Shown piece after piece: positions 10,673-19,085 of a DNA stretch of 64,000 nucleotides. The translations under genes and the position numbers were made by a program. How positions within the stretch are numbered: position 1 is the stretch's first letter; each line of letters opens with the position of its first letter. The notes below the pieces were generated by a model. It did no database searches, was not told the origin of the DNA, and saw only the letters and a program-made list of their open reading frames with translations. This DNA is from an uncultured Planctomycetaceae bacterium. Its GTDB lineage: Bacteria; Planctomycetota; UBA8742; UBA2392; JABWBM01. The stretch lies in contig CAZJPQ010000017.1 in assembly GCA_964548115.1 (NCBI GenBank), positions 3,399 to 67,398 on the forward strand. The letters are read 5' to 3'.

Positions 10673-10804
10673 ATGCTAGCCATAAAAATTTTTATTTTCC
10701 ATTGCAACTATATATAGTATGATATAAAACACAAACAAACAGCATGTATTATCTCTGCCGTACTGCGCTTTTTATCACTTTCACCTAGTAAGGAAAATAG
10801 AATT

Positions 10805-11599
10805 ATGAAATCCAAAGAAGAAGTAGCAGAAATTCTTAACTCTATAATGGAAAATCAAGATATGGGATTTAAAGAAAAAGTAGAAAAAGGTTTCAACCTT
10901 CTATTCGAGGAAAATTTTCTTCCGAATCGACCAGCAGAAGTTTATGGCGCTTTTCCTCGAGCTCTTTTCAAAGAGCAAAAAAGAACACCAGAAGCAAGCG
11001 AGTATAGGGTTAGACTCATCTTCTCCTTAGGCAAACGGCCATCTATTCATCAAGAAAAATTACGAGGAGAGGCTTGTGCTGTCGATGGGGCACGTCATTC
11101 TCTCATCTCGCTTGACCACGGACTAGCAACACTTGCATATGCAAAATCAACGATAAGGGTTGACGGGGGTTACAGCTTAAAAGAGACTCTCTATCGGGCT
11201 AAGGAAGAACTTCATAATGCTGGCGCACCGACTGAAGGGCGCTGGATTGTTCTTCATTACAGTCATTACGGGGATCTGATGATGGCTGAAGAAAATTCTA
11301 AACTTTTTGATGACCCCAGAAACAGGTTTGAATCTTGTTCTCAAGGAACTATCTGCGGAACTCTTCTTGGTTTCAACGTATTCTTAAGTTCTCATATCAA
11401 AACAAGCCCTGATGACTTTCATCAAAACATCTTTGGTGTTACAAACGGCTCAAACAGCTCTCTTATTTATGGCCTTGATAAAAGAGAAGTTAACCTGATA
11501 AATAATTCTGGATTGGAAAAGATTCAACTAGAAATCCCTTATTGGGTAGAAAATCAACCAGCAAAATATCTTGGCATTATAAATACCATAAAGTCTTAA
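10805..11599 (+). CDS. Orphan protein resembling a degenerate phage major capsid protein (HK97 fold, T7/P22-coat-like)
   Basis: RBS AAGGA upstream. 'LYRAKEELHNAGAPTEGRWIVLHYSHYGDL...GTICGTLLGFNVFLSSHI' resembles the capsid motif 'a...L....vP..gR..vv.p..y..L...G.ig...Gf.v..Sn.l'. Confidence 0.55.
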   Translation: MKSKEEVAEILNSIMENQDMGFKEKVEKGFNLLFEENFLPNRPAEVYGAFPRALFKEQKRTPEASEYRVRLIFSLGKRPSIHQEKLRGEACAVDGARHSLISLDHGLATLAYAKSTIRVDGGYSLKETLYRAKEELHNAGAPTEGRWIVLHYSHYGDLMMAEENSKLFDDPRNRFESCSQGTICGTLLGFNVFLSSHIKTSPDDFHQNIFGVTNGSNSSLIYGLDKREVNLINNSGLEKIQLEIPYWVENQPAKYLGIINTIKS

Positions 11600-11613
11600 G
11601 TTCTCACTTCCTT

Positions 11614-13746
11614 TCATAACTCCCTGGCGAGAGCGCTCTGAAAAGCTTCCAGCTCAAATACAGGTTGTGCACAAACATGGTTCTCGCAAATATAAGCCGT
11701 GACCTTCTCTTTAATCATTGACTGATTCTTTGTGAAAGGAAGAAGCTCTTCAAGTTCTGATGCATTCTCTTCTGTCCGTAGAACAGCAAGCGCATGGGGA
11801 AAGAAGTTTAGACTTTGAAGATAATCAAGAAAGGGTTTGGCCTGAGCTTGCTCTCGACACGAAAGCACAACTTCCTGACTCGAAGCAAGAGCAAAATCAA
11901 GAGCACACAACGCCCGGGCATGTCCATCGGGCTGGGCCTGAAGCTGAGCCGAAAAATGAGAAAAAAGCCTTTCTGCATGTTCAAGCAGATCATCACGCCC
12001 AAGCAAACGCCCAAGCTTCAAAAGTATTTCAGCAGCAACGCTGTTGCCCGATGGTTCTGCTCCATCATAAAGATCTTTATGGCGCACAAGCAGCTCTTCT
12101 TCGCCTTGTCTGCTTAAAAAGAAAGCACCATTTTCCTGGTCAAGAAAAAGTTCAAGCATTTTTTCACATAAGCGAAGAGAAGCTTTTAAATAATCAAGCT
12201 TGAAGGTACTTTGGTAAAGCTCAAATAAACCATTGGCATAAAAGGCATAATCATCAAGGAAACCCTTAACGTCTGAACGCTTGCCCTTACAGTAAGAACG
12301 AAAAAGTTGATCTTCTTCACTCAGTAAATGTGATAGCACATAGTTCGCATTTTTTTCAGCAGCTTGAAGTAAAGACTGATCCTTTAAAACCCGAGCACCT
12401 AAAGCAAGTGCCTCAAGCATAAGGCCATTCCAGGATGTAAGCATTTTATCATCAAGACCTGGGCGCTGACGGTTCTCGCGCTGAGTAAAAAGCTTCTCCA
12501 AAAGTGGTTTGATTTTGTCCTGATAATCTTTTGGATTTTCTATTCCAAAAGCTTTGAGCTGAGCTCGTCCTTTTGCATGCAGAATATTTAAACCCGTCTC
12601 TTGCCCACTCGCTTCATCACGATAGTTTCCTTCTTCGCGCAGATCAAAAAGATCTACTATTATCTGAGCCTCTTCTTGACCCAAAATATCAAAAATTTCC
12701 TGATAGCCAAAAACATAGAAAGCCCCCTCTTCTTTGTTGCCCTCTTGATCTAGACTGTCGGCATCCTCAGCGGAAAAGAAACCGCCTTCGGGATTTTGGA
12801 GATCACGCAGCACATAACGAAAGATATCCCTTGCTTGCTCTGCAAAGAAAGTATCTTGGGTCATCTGGTAGGTCTCAAGGTATGCCCTGGCAAGTAGAGC
12901 TTGATCGTAAAGCATTTTTTCAAAATGGGACAGGCGCCACTCTTGATCCGTTGAATAACGATGAAAGCCCCCTCCAACGTGGTCATGGATTCCTCCCATG
13001 GCAATTTTCTCAAGGGAAAAAGTAACCATCTTCCGCGCTTGCTCGCTCCCACTTCGTGCATAATAACGAAGCAAAAAGTTATAAACATGAGGAGTTGGAA
13101 ATTTTAGACGCGAACCAAAACCACCATGGACCTGATCAAACCGGCCTGACAAGCGCTCAAAAGCCTTATCAAAAACACTTGTCGAAGGCAGGCTTCCTTC
13201 AGCTCCACTTTGAGAATGAGCAACGTCCCGAAGCTCTTTTGTGATCAAACTTGCATGCCCCATTAATCTTTCTCGATCATGCTGCCAAAATTCCTGGGTC
13301 TTTTTTAATAATGAAAAAAAACCAGGCCGTCCAAAACGCTCACGGGGTGGAAAATATGTTCCCAAAAAGAAAGGACGCCCCTTATGATCAAGCATAAGAG
13401 ACATCGGCCAACCACCATGCCCACTTGCCATCTGAAGAGCCTGCATATAAAGCGCATCAATATCTGGGCGCTCCTCTCGATCAACCTTGATGGCAATAAA
13501 ATGCTGATTAAGATATTCAGCAACTTCCTGATCTTCAAAGGATTCATGCTCCATCACATGACACCAGTGGCATGTGGAATAACCAATGCTCAAGAATATT
13601 GGCTTATCCTGAGATTTTGCGACTTCAAAAGCCTGATCACACCAAGGCCACCAATCAACGGGATTATGGGCATGCTGTAAAAGATAAGGACTTGTTTGAT
13701 CAATAAGTCGATTCGTAAAAGCCGGCTTCTTTGTCATTATTTTCAC
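11614..13746 (-). CDS. Thioredoxin domain-containing protein (YyaL/SPATA20 family)
   Basis: '[24 protein letters not shown]', '[16 protein letters not shown]', '[10 protein letters not shown]'. Confidence 0.93.
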   Translation of the reverse strand: MKIMTKKPAFTNRLIDQTSPYLLQHAHNPVDWWPWCDQAFEVAKSQDKPIFLSIGYSTCHWCHVMEHESFEDQEVAEYLNQHFIAIKVDREERPDIDALYMQALQMASGHGGWPMSLMLDHKGRPFFLGTYFPPRERFGRPGFFSLLKKTQEFWQHDRERLMGHASLITKELRDVAHSQSGAEGSLPSTSVFDKAFERLSGRFDQVHGGFGSRLKFPTPHVYNFLLRYYARSGSEQARKMVTFSLEKIAMGGIHDHVGGGFHRYSTDQEWRLSHFEKMLYDQALLARAYLETYQMTQDTFFAEQARDIFRYVLRDLQNPEGGFFSAEDADSLDQEGNKEEGAFYVFGYQEIFDILGQEEAQIIVDLFDLREEGNYRDEASGQETGLNILHAKGRAQLKAFGIENPKDYQDKIKPLLEKLFTQRENRQRPGLDDKMLTSWNGLMLEALALGARVLKDQSLLQAAEKNANYVLSHLLSEEDQLFRSYCKGKRSDVKGFLDDYAFYANGLFELYQSTFKLDYLKASLRLCEKMLELFLDQENGAFFLSRQGEEELLVRHKDLYDGAEPSGNSVAAEILLKLGRLLGRDDLLEHAERLFSHFSAQLQAQPDGHARALCALDFALASSQEVVLSCREQAQAKPFLDYLQSLNFFPHALAVLRTEENASELEELLPFTKNQSMIKEKVTAYICENHVCAQPVFELEAFQSALAREL

Positions 13747-13873
13747 CTTCTATACAATTATTAGGCGCAAGCTTTATGCCTCTCTTTTTCATGACAAGTA
13801 TAAAACCAGAGGCAAAACTTTTGCCTATTATAATCAGAGTAAAGAAACTTTGAGATACCTCGAATCCAAAGCG

Positions 13874-14764
13874 TTAATTATCAAGGCTCAAGAGAATATC
13901 AGACTTTCGTGCTTCCTCTCGCACGCGCTCAATAATATCGGGAATGTCTTTGACATCAAGATCAAGAACCTTAAAGCTTTCCTCTGGAAAGGCCATGGCA
14001 CGATAGTTTCCAGAAAAGCCTAAGTTTTGATGATTACAAATATAATCAGAAAGATGTATCAGGTGTGTGAGAGCCAGCAGGTCTTTGTCTGCCGCCTGAC
14101 TTGGATAATGATGATAACGTATGACGTTGCGAATAGAATTGGGAAGTTTCCAGCGCTCTGCCAAAAGATCACCAACTTCGCCATGATGAATTTTCAGTAA
14201 TCGCTCCTCAGATTCATAAAGCAAAGACTGCTCCTGCTTAGCTGCTTCGATGACTCCCATAAACTCTTCGTTAAAATACTGATCAAGCAAGATCTTGCCA
14301 ATATCATGACAAAGACCTGCAAGAATAATTTCTGACTCTGGGAATGGCAGCTCCAATGAAGAAAAGTTGAGCACCGTTCCTGCCACAAATCCACAGCTGA
14401 TAGAATGTCGCCAAAATTCTTTGCGATCAAAAGCAGTTTGTCCTCGCGCAGGAAAGAGCTTTAAAACGCTGGTTGTAATCACAAGATCACGTAAAACGTT
14501 CATGCCCAACCGAACAACAGCTGCTTGAATTGTAATATTCTTACGATAGTTAAAAGAAGGGGCATAAAGTGGTGAATTCACGAGCTTTAAAACTCGCGTC
14601 ATGATGGGTGGGTCATCGTCGATAATACGAGCAACTGAAGATGCTGAAGCATTTGGATTTTTAATTTCTTTATTGAGCAAGGCCACAACAACCGGCAAGG
14701 TTGGGAGTCTATCCAAACCCTCAAGTTTTTCAATGATGCGATCTCGTATACCTGAGTGACTCAC
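13874..14764 (-). CDS. HDOD domain signal-transduction protein
   Basis: 'LPTLP', 'DPPIMTRVLKLVNSP', 'FWRHS', 'LCHDIGK', 'IRYHH'. Probable GTG start at 14764 after GGAG; the ORF track opens at 14785. Confidence 0.88.
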   Translation of the reverse strand: MSHSGIRDRIIEKLEGLDRLPTLPVVVALLNKEIKNPNASASSVARIIDDDPPIMTRVLKLVNSPLYAPSFNYRKNITIQAAVVRLGMNVLRDLVITTSVLKLFPARGQTAFDRKEFWRHSISCGFVAGTVLNFSSLELPFPESEIILAGLCHDIGKILLDQYFNEEFMGVIEAAKQEQSLLYESEERLLKIHHGEVGDLLAERWKLPNSIRNVIRYHHYPSQAADKDLLALTHLIHLSDYICNHQNLGFSGNYRAMAFPEESFKVLDLDVKDIPDIIERVREEARKSDILLSLDN

Positions 14765-15102
14765 TTCGATACTCCACAACAACATTCACAGCGACGACTC
14801 ATACAAATGGATTCCTCGTCTCGCTCTCCTCTATATTTTTGAAGAACAAGAAATAAAAGTAGAGAACTCCCCTAAAAGCTCCATCATAGCGGATCAACGC
14901 CGGGGCGCAAGCTATGATCTGAAAAGCTCTCAAAACATTTTATACCATAGCTTTTGCTAAAAGTCCCTTTTCTTGTTTTAAGGATTCTTTATTATTATCT
15001 GAACATAAAAATAAGATTTCTTACCAGATCTCAGAGATTCGAAGTTTTGAAAAAGGCATCTGCCTCGTAAGGCGCAGCCTTCATACAAGAAAGAGTCGTG
15101 TC

Positions 15103-16278
15103 ATGGGAAAAGCTTTACCAAAGAAAAAGCTGGCATCAAAACAAAGTTCGAAGTCAAAATCTTCGAAATCAAAATCATTGAAGTCCAAGCCTCTTCGCTC
15201 TCAGAAGCAACCCAAAGGCTTAGATTATCGTTCCTCAGGTGTTGATATTGATGCAGGCAATCGTTTTGTTCACTTTATTGGTCAGCATGTTCGTTCGACC
15301 TATTCTGATCGCGTCTTGGCTATGCCTAATGGTTTTGCCGGCATGTTTAGCCTTGCTCCTGGAAAGGGTTATCGACGTCAATATCGCAACCCTGTTTTAG
15401 TTGCCTGTACCGATGGGGTTGGCACCAAACTTAAAGTTGCTTTTGCCGCAAATCACCATCAAAGCGTAGGGGTTGATTTAGTTGCAATGAGCATCAACGA
15501 TTTATTGTGTCTGGGGGCAGAGCCCTTATTCTTTCTTGATTACTTTGCCTGTTCAAAGCTCGATGAAAAACAAAGTCAAGCAATTCTTTTAGGGATTATT
15601 CAAGGCTGTAAAGAAGCTGGCGCTGCTCTGCTTGGAGGAGAAAGCGCAGAGATGCCCGGACTTTATGCCAAAGGAGAGTACGATCTTGCAGGCTTTGGCC
15701 TTGGAGTGGTTGAAGAGGGCAAGGTCATCGATGGTTCTGATGTAAAAAGTGGCGATCTGATTATTGGGTTACCCTCAAATGGTCTTCACTCCAATGGCTT
15801 CAGCCTGGCCCGCAAGGCACTCTTCAAACGCGCAGGTTTAAAACTCAGCGATAAACCAAAGGTACTGAAGGGCAAGAAACTCAGCGATGTTTTGCTTAAG
15901 CCGACCCGCATTTATGCTCAACCTGTTTCAAAACTGCTGGCATGCCAGGGACGTAAAAAGATCGTCAAAGCCATGGCCCATATCACAGGCGGAGGCCTGA
16001 TTGAAAACGTACCGAGAGTACTGCCAAAAGATTGTAAAGCTCTGATAGATCGTTCAAAGATCAAACTTCCTCCAATTTTCAAACTGATTCAGGAAGCAGG
16101 AAAGATCGAGCAATCAGAAATGTACAGGGTCTTTAATATGGGAATTGGTTTTACGGTGGTAGTGGCAGCACAATATGCTGAGCTTGCTCTGCAAGAATTA
16201 CAAGCAGCTGGCGAAAGAGGGGCCCGTATTATCGGTGAAATTGTCCCGGGCAAGCCTGGCCTTGAATGGACTGAATAG
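15103..16278 (+). CDS. purM: Phosphoribosylformylglycinamidine cyclo-ligase (AIR synthetase) with K/S-rich N-terminal extension
   Basis: 'YRSSGVDIDAGN', 'TDGVGTKL', 'GGESAEMPG', 'GLHSNGFSL', 'HITGGG', 'FNMGIG'. Confidence 0.95.
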   Translation: MGKALPKKKLASKQSSKSKSSKSKSLKSKPLRSQKQPKGLDYRSSGVDIDAGNRFVHFIGQHVRSTYSDRVLAMPNGFAGMFSLAPGKGYRRQYRNPVLVACTDGVGTKLKVAFAANHHQSVGVDLVAMSINDLLCLGAEPLFFLDYFACSKLDEKQSQAILLGIIQGCKEAGAALLGGESAEMPGLYAKGEYDLAGFGLGVVEEGKVIDGSDVKSGDLIIGLPSNGLHSNGFSLARKALFKRAGLKLSDKPKVLKGKKLSDVLLKPTRIYAQPVSKLLACQGRKKIVKAMAHITGGGLIENVPRVLPKDCKALIDRSKIKLPPIFKLIQEAGKIEQSEMYRVFNMGIGFTVVVAAQYAELALQELQAAGERGARIIGEIVPGKPGLEWTE

Positions 16279-16367
16279 GCTGAAATACTGGTGCACTATT
16301 TGAGACTTGCCTGTCAGGTCTTTGTTGTAGAGCATTCCAGAAGTTGTAAAGGCATGCTCTTTTGTAT

Positions 16368-16535
16368 CAGAAAAAGAATGGTGGACCCGAGGGGATTTGA
16401 ACCCGTTCAAGAGTCCGGGGGGACTCTTGGACCCCGCGAAGCGCACAGGGGTTCAAACAAACGTGCAAAGCCAAGCTCTACAACAAGAAACCAACCAACA
16501 GAAAAAGAATGGTGGACCCGAGGGGATTTGAACCC
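16368..16535. repeat. 37-bp direct repeat comprising the tRNA-Ala 3' end (att-like)
   Basis: CAGAAAAAGAATGGTGGACCCGAGGGGATTTGAACCC at 16368-16404 and 16499-16535. Confidence 0.9.
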
Positions 16536-16585
16536 CTGACCTTGTCATTGCGAACGACACGCTCTCCCAGCTGAGCTACGGGCCC
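16510..16585 (-). tRNA. tRNA-Ala (anticodon CGC)
   Basis: Reverse complement reads GGGCCCG TA GCTC AGCTGGGA GAGC G TGTCG TT CGC AA TGACA AGGTC AGGGG TTCAAAT CCCCT CGGGTCC A CCA. It is 76 nt, with the G3:U70 pair and an encoded CCA. Confidence 0.96.
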
Positions 16586-16662
16586 TTTTTGAGTGCTTAG
16601 AGTATACTCAGGCTCAGTCCATCTACAAGCAAGACTCAAAACTTTTAAGCTATCACCAAAGG

Positions 16663-17814
16663 CTAAAAAGAATCCTCGTTTATGAGTTGCGCTCTTAAAG
16701 CTTCACTCAGTCTGTCCATCTCTTCAGGGTATTCCCGCAAGAACTCTAAAGCCTCGGGTTTGCTCTCACCAAGTACCAGGTCTTCCCATTCGAAATAACG
16801 ACATCCCCAGTCATCCTGCTGGCGCTGGACAACGCCATGCCGTAAACTCAAATCCAGGAGATTGCGAGCGCGATCAAATCCCTCTTCAAAAAGGAAAGCC
16901 AGTTCACAGCTTTGAAAAGGTTTCGCAAACTTATTTTTTGTTAAACGGGCTTTCAGCATATGCCCCACGACCTTCTTCTTTACTTGAAGAAACGGGCCTT
17001 TCCGAAGTTCCATCCGGGTATTCGCATAAAAGGACAAAGCTCGACCACCAGTCGTTGCTTCCCGAGGACCAAAGACATAATCAAAACGATGGCGCATCTG
17101 ATTGGTAAAAAGCAAACAGGTATTGTATTGACGCACCAGAGGCGCTATCCCTCGCAAAGCCTGGTTCATAAAGTGCGCATGGGCCCAGGCACGTTCGTCT
17201 TGTTCGAATGACTCTTGCTTTTCAAGCTGAGGAACAAGGCCTGCCACAGAGTCAATAACCATGATGTCAAAAGCTGAACTTCGAAGCAGGCCTCCAGCAA
17301 CCCGAAAAGCTTCTTCGCCATCATCGGGTTGGCAAAGGTAAAGCCGATTAAGATCGACTCCAAACTTACGGGCATAGTTGGCATCAAAAGCATGATCCGC
17401 ATCAATGAAAGCAGCAAAATTTTGATTTTTACGCTGAGCATCAGCAATGGCATAAAGACAAAGTGCTGTTTTTCCTGATTCTTCAGCACCATAAATTTCG
17501 TTGATTGAACCAGGAAAGAACCCTCCGCCCAGACAAAGATCAAGGGAAAGATCTCCGCTGGAAAAAGCGCTTTGTCTTAAGGCCTCTCCTTGTTTATCTT
17601 CTTCTTTTTCGCTCTGCCCCGGGCCTGTAAAACCTGTCGCCTGATTTTTATTGGTATGAATTTTTTGTAATACAGCTTCAAGGATTCGAGCGCGTTGGTT
17701 GGAATGATCCTTATTGTTATGCTCTGGAAGGCTTGCTCTCTGATCGTGGTTTGAAGCAGGCTTTTTGGATGAAGCTCTCTGAGAAGGAAAATCATCCTCG
17801 GGACGTGAAGGCAT
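16663..17814 (-). CDS. recA: Divergent RecA paralog with N-terminal extension
   Basis: 'SSGDLSLDLCLGGG', Walker A 'GAEESGKT', 'FIDADHAFD', 'QPDDGE', 'DSVAGLVP', 'FTNQMR', 'TTGGRALSFYA', 'KNK'. Likely start ATG 17814; the ORF track opens at 17886. Confidence 0.85.
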   Translation of the reverse strand: MPSRPEDDFPSQRASSKKPASNHDQRASLPEHNNKDHSNQRARILEAVLQKIHTNKNQATGFTGPGQSEKEEDKQGEALRQSAFSSGDLSLDLCLGGGFFPGSINEIYGAEESGKTALCLYAIADAQRKNQNFAAFIDADHAFDANYARKFGVDLNRLYLCQPDDGEEAFRVAGGLLRSSAFDIMVIDSVAGLVPQLEKQESFEQDERAWAHAHFMNQALRGIAPLVRQYNTCLLFTNQMRHRFDYVFGPREATTGGRALSFYANTRMELRKGPFLQVKKKVVGHMLKARLTKNKFAKPFQSCELAFLFEEGFDRARNLLDLSLRHGVVQRQQDDWGCRYFEWEDLVLGESKPEALEFLREYPEEMDRLSEALRAQLINEDSF

Positions 17815-17969
17815 AGGTTTTCTCAGCGTTTTCTTCAAGAGTTTAATAAACCATCCTAACACACTTGCTCGCTCTTTAGCAAGCAAGACAGCTGCTATCC
17901 ATCATTATTCAGAAGGTTCTTTCGGTCAATAGCTGGAAAGAAAATTCTCTCTGCTATTTCTGAGCATGT

Positions 17970-18326
17970 TCAAGAACTGAGTTCCTGAATGGTTGTTTTA
18001 ATATCATCAACCATAAGAACACCGTGGGCTCCATAAACTCGTAACCTTTTATGGTAACCAGGGTCGTGATTCAGTGTTAGCACTGCCAGTTTGAGATCAG
18101 GGTGAAAATGTCTTGCTTTTGAAGAAACCTTGCGCATATCATTTTCACTCAAGATCAGTATCTGGAAATCCATGACCTTAAGCAAACTCCAGAGCGTCTT
18201 CGGGGACGCCACCCCATGGGTATTGCTATAACCATAAGCCTGAAAACTTTCCACGAGAGTTTCTCGAGTAAAATCATCACGCCAAAAGATAAGAATCCTA
18301 AGATTGAGATCGACCTTTGTTTCCAT
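17970..18326 (-). CDS. Atypical single-domain receiver-like (pseudo-response regulator) protein
   Basis: Strong RBS AGGAGG before ATG 18326 (METKVDL). CheY-like pattern 'RILIFWRDD...GY...ILILS...PDLKLAVLT...GAHGVL', lacking the phospho-Asp and the conserved Lys. Confidence 0.6.
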   Translation of the reverse strand: METKVDLNLRILIFWRDDFTRETLVESFQAYGYSNTHGVASPKTLWSLLKVMDFQILILSENDMRKVSSKARHFHPDLKLAVLTLNHDPGYHKRLRVYGAHGVLMVDDIKTTIQELSS

Positions 18327-18379
18327 CGCTTCAAGCCTCCTTTTCAATAAAAGGTTGGGCGGATAAGCAATGCCGGAAT

Positions 18380-18560
18380 AAAAAAAGGGCACACCAGCCA
18401 TCGCTCCCGGACCAGGCCAGCTACAGCCTCTCGTAAAAAGCGAATATACCAGTGCACCCAATGAGGTGTACTGCATACGCATTTTTACGAGCGGTCTAAA
18501 ACGTAGCTGTTCGGTCCAGGCCGCTATACAATTGTCGCCAAGCATTCTTGCTTGACTTGG
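18380..18560 (-). ncRNA. Candidate structured RNA / long 5' leader hairpin (family not recognised)
   Basis: Nested complementary blocks over 18406-18520: GGACC/GGTCC, CAGCTAC/GTAGCTG, CTCGTAAAAA/TTTTTACGAG, GCG/CGC, CAGTGCACC/GGTGTACTG. A second hairpin lies at 18538-18560 and a T-run on the minus strand at 18380-18386. The strand is uncertain. Confidence 0.45.
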
Positions 18561-18826
18561 GAACCATCATAAACCAGAGATTTGATGAGTTCTAAATGAT
18601 TCTGATGGGATTATAAATTTTATAGCCGTTGCAATCTCTGACCGAAAGTGATTTTAATCACGTTTCAGAGGAGGAAGAGGTGACCATAGAACTCAAGAAT
18701 AATGAACGAACTTTGCAACCCTTCGAAATGAGAGACTTTGGAACGAGAAGGAAGTGCTGGGAGCACTCCGTGAAGTGGAAAAGCTTGTTCTTTATGAGAC
18801 TCTTATATAACACAATAATTTTATAT

Positions 18827-19057
18827 TTTTGCAACCAGCCACTTATGACAGGTTGCATTCGCAACCCATTATTTAGAAACAACTTACAACTCTAAATTGG
18901 GGCTCGAAAAACACCCGAGTATGGTTGCAAAATAAGGCTCAAAAGTTCTAACAATCGCTTCGAGCTTTTCCGTTTCGGTGCAGCTTGGAGGCTGCACCTC
19001 CCACTTCAAAGGGTTGCAAAATTACTCTTAAAAGACACCAACGAACACTTCGAGCTT
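18827..19057. repeat. Cluster of GGTTGC(AAAA)/GCAACC repeats and a REP-like hairpin (possible MITE/REP remnant)
   Basis: TTTTGCAACC 18827, GGTTGC 18851, GCAACC 18861, GGTTGCAAAA 18923 and 19012, CTTCGAGCTT 18958 and 19048. Hairpin GGTGCAGC-TTGGAG-GCTGCACC at 18977-18998. Confidence 0.5.
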
Positions 19058-19085
19058 CCCCAGCTTAACCCCTACTTTCAAGCCA

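Noticed and set aside
16368-16404. Second tRNA gene
   Set aside because: Only the T-arm/acceptor 3' portion is present, with no D-arm or anticodon arm.
16198-16539. 82-aa ORFs on both strands over the tRNA repeat
   Set aside because: They are translations of the tRNA and its duplicated end and show no protein features.
10805-16585. Prophage or genomic island integrated at tRNA-Ala
   Set aside because: The att-like repeats are only 131 bp apart, there is no integrase, and the intervening genes (yyaL, HDOD, purM) are housekeeping.
18327-18545. N-terminal 73 aa of the 191-aa ORF 17970..18545
   Set aside because: It overlaps the long hairpin, and a strong AGGAGG RBS supports the start at 18326.
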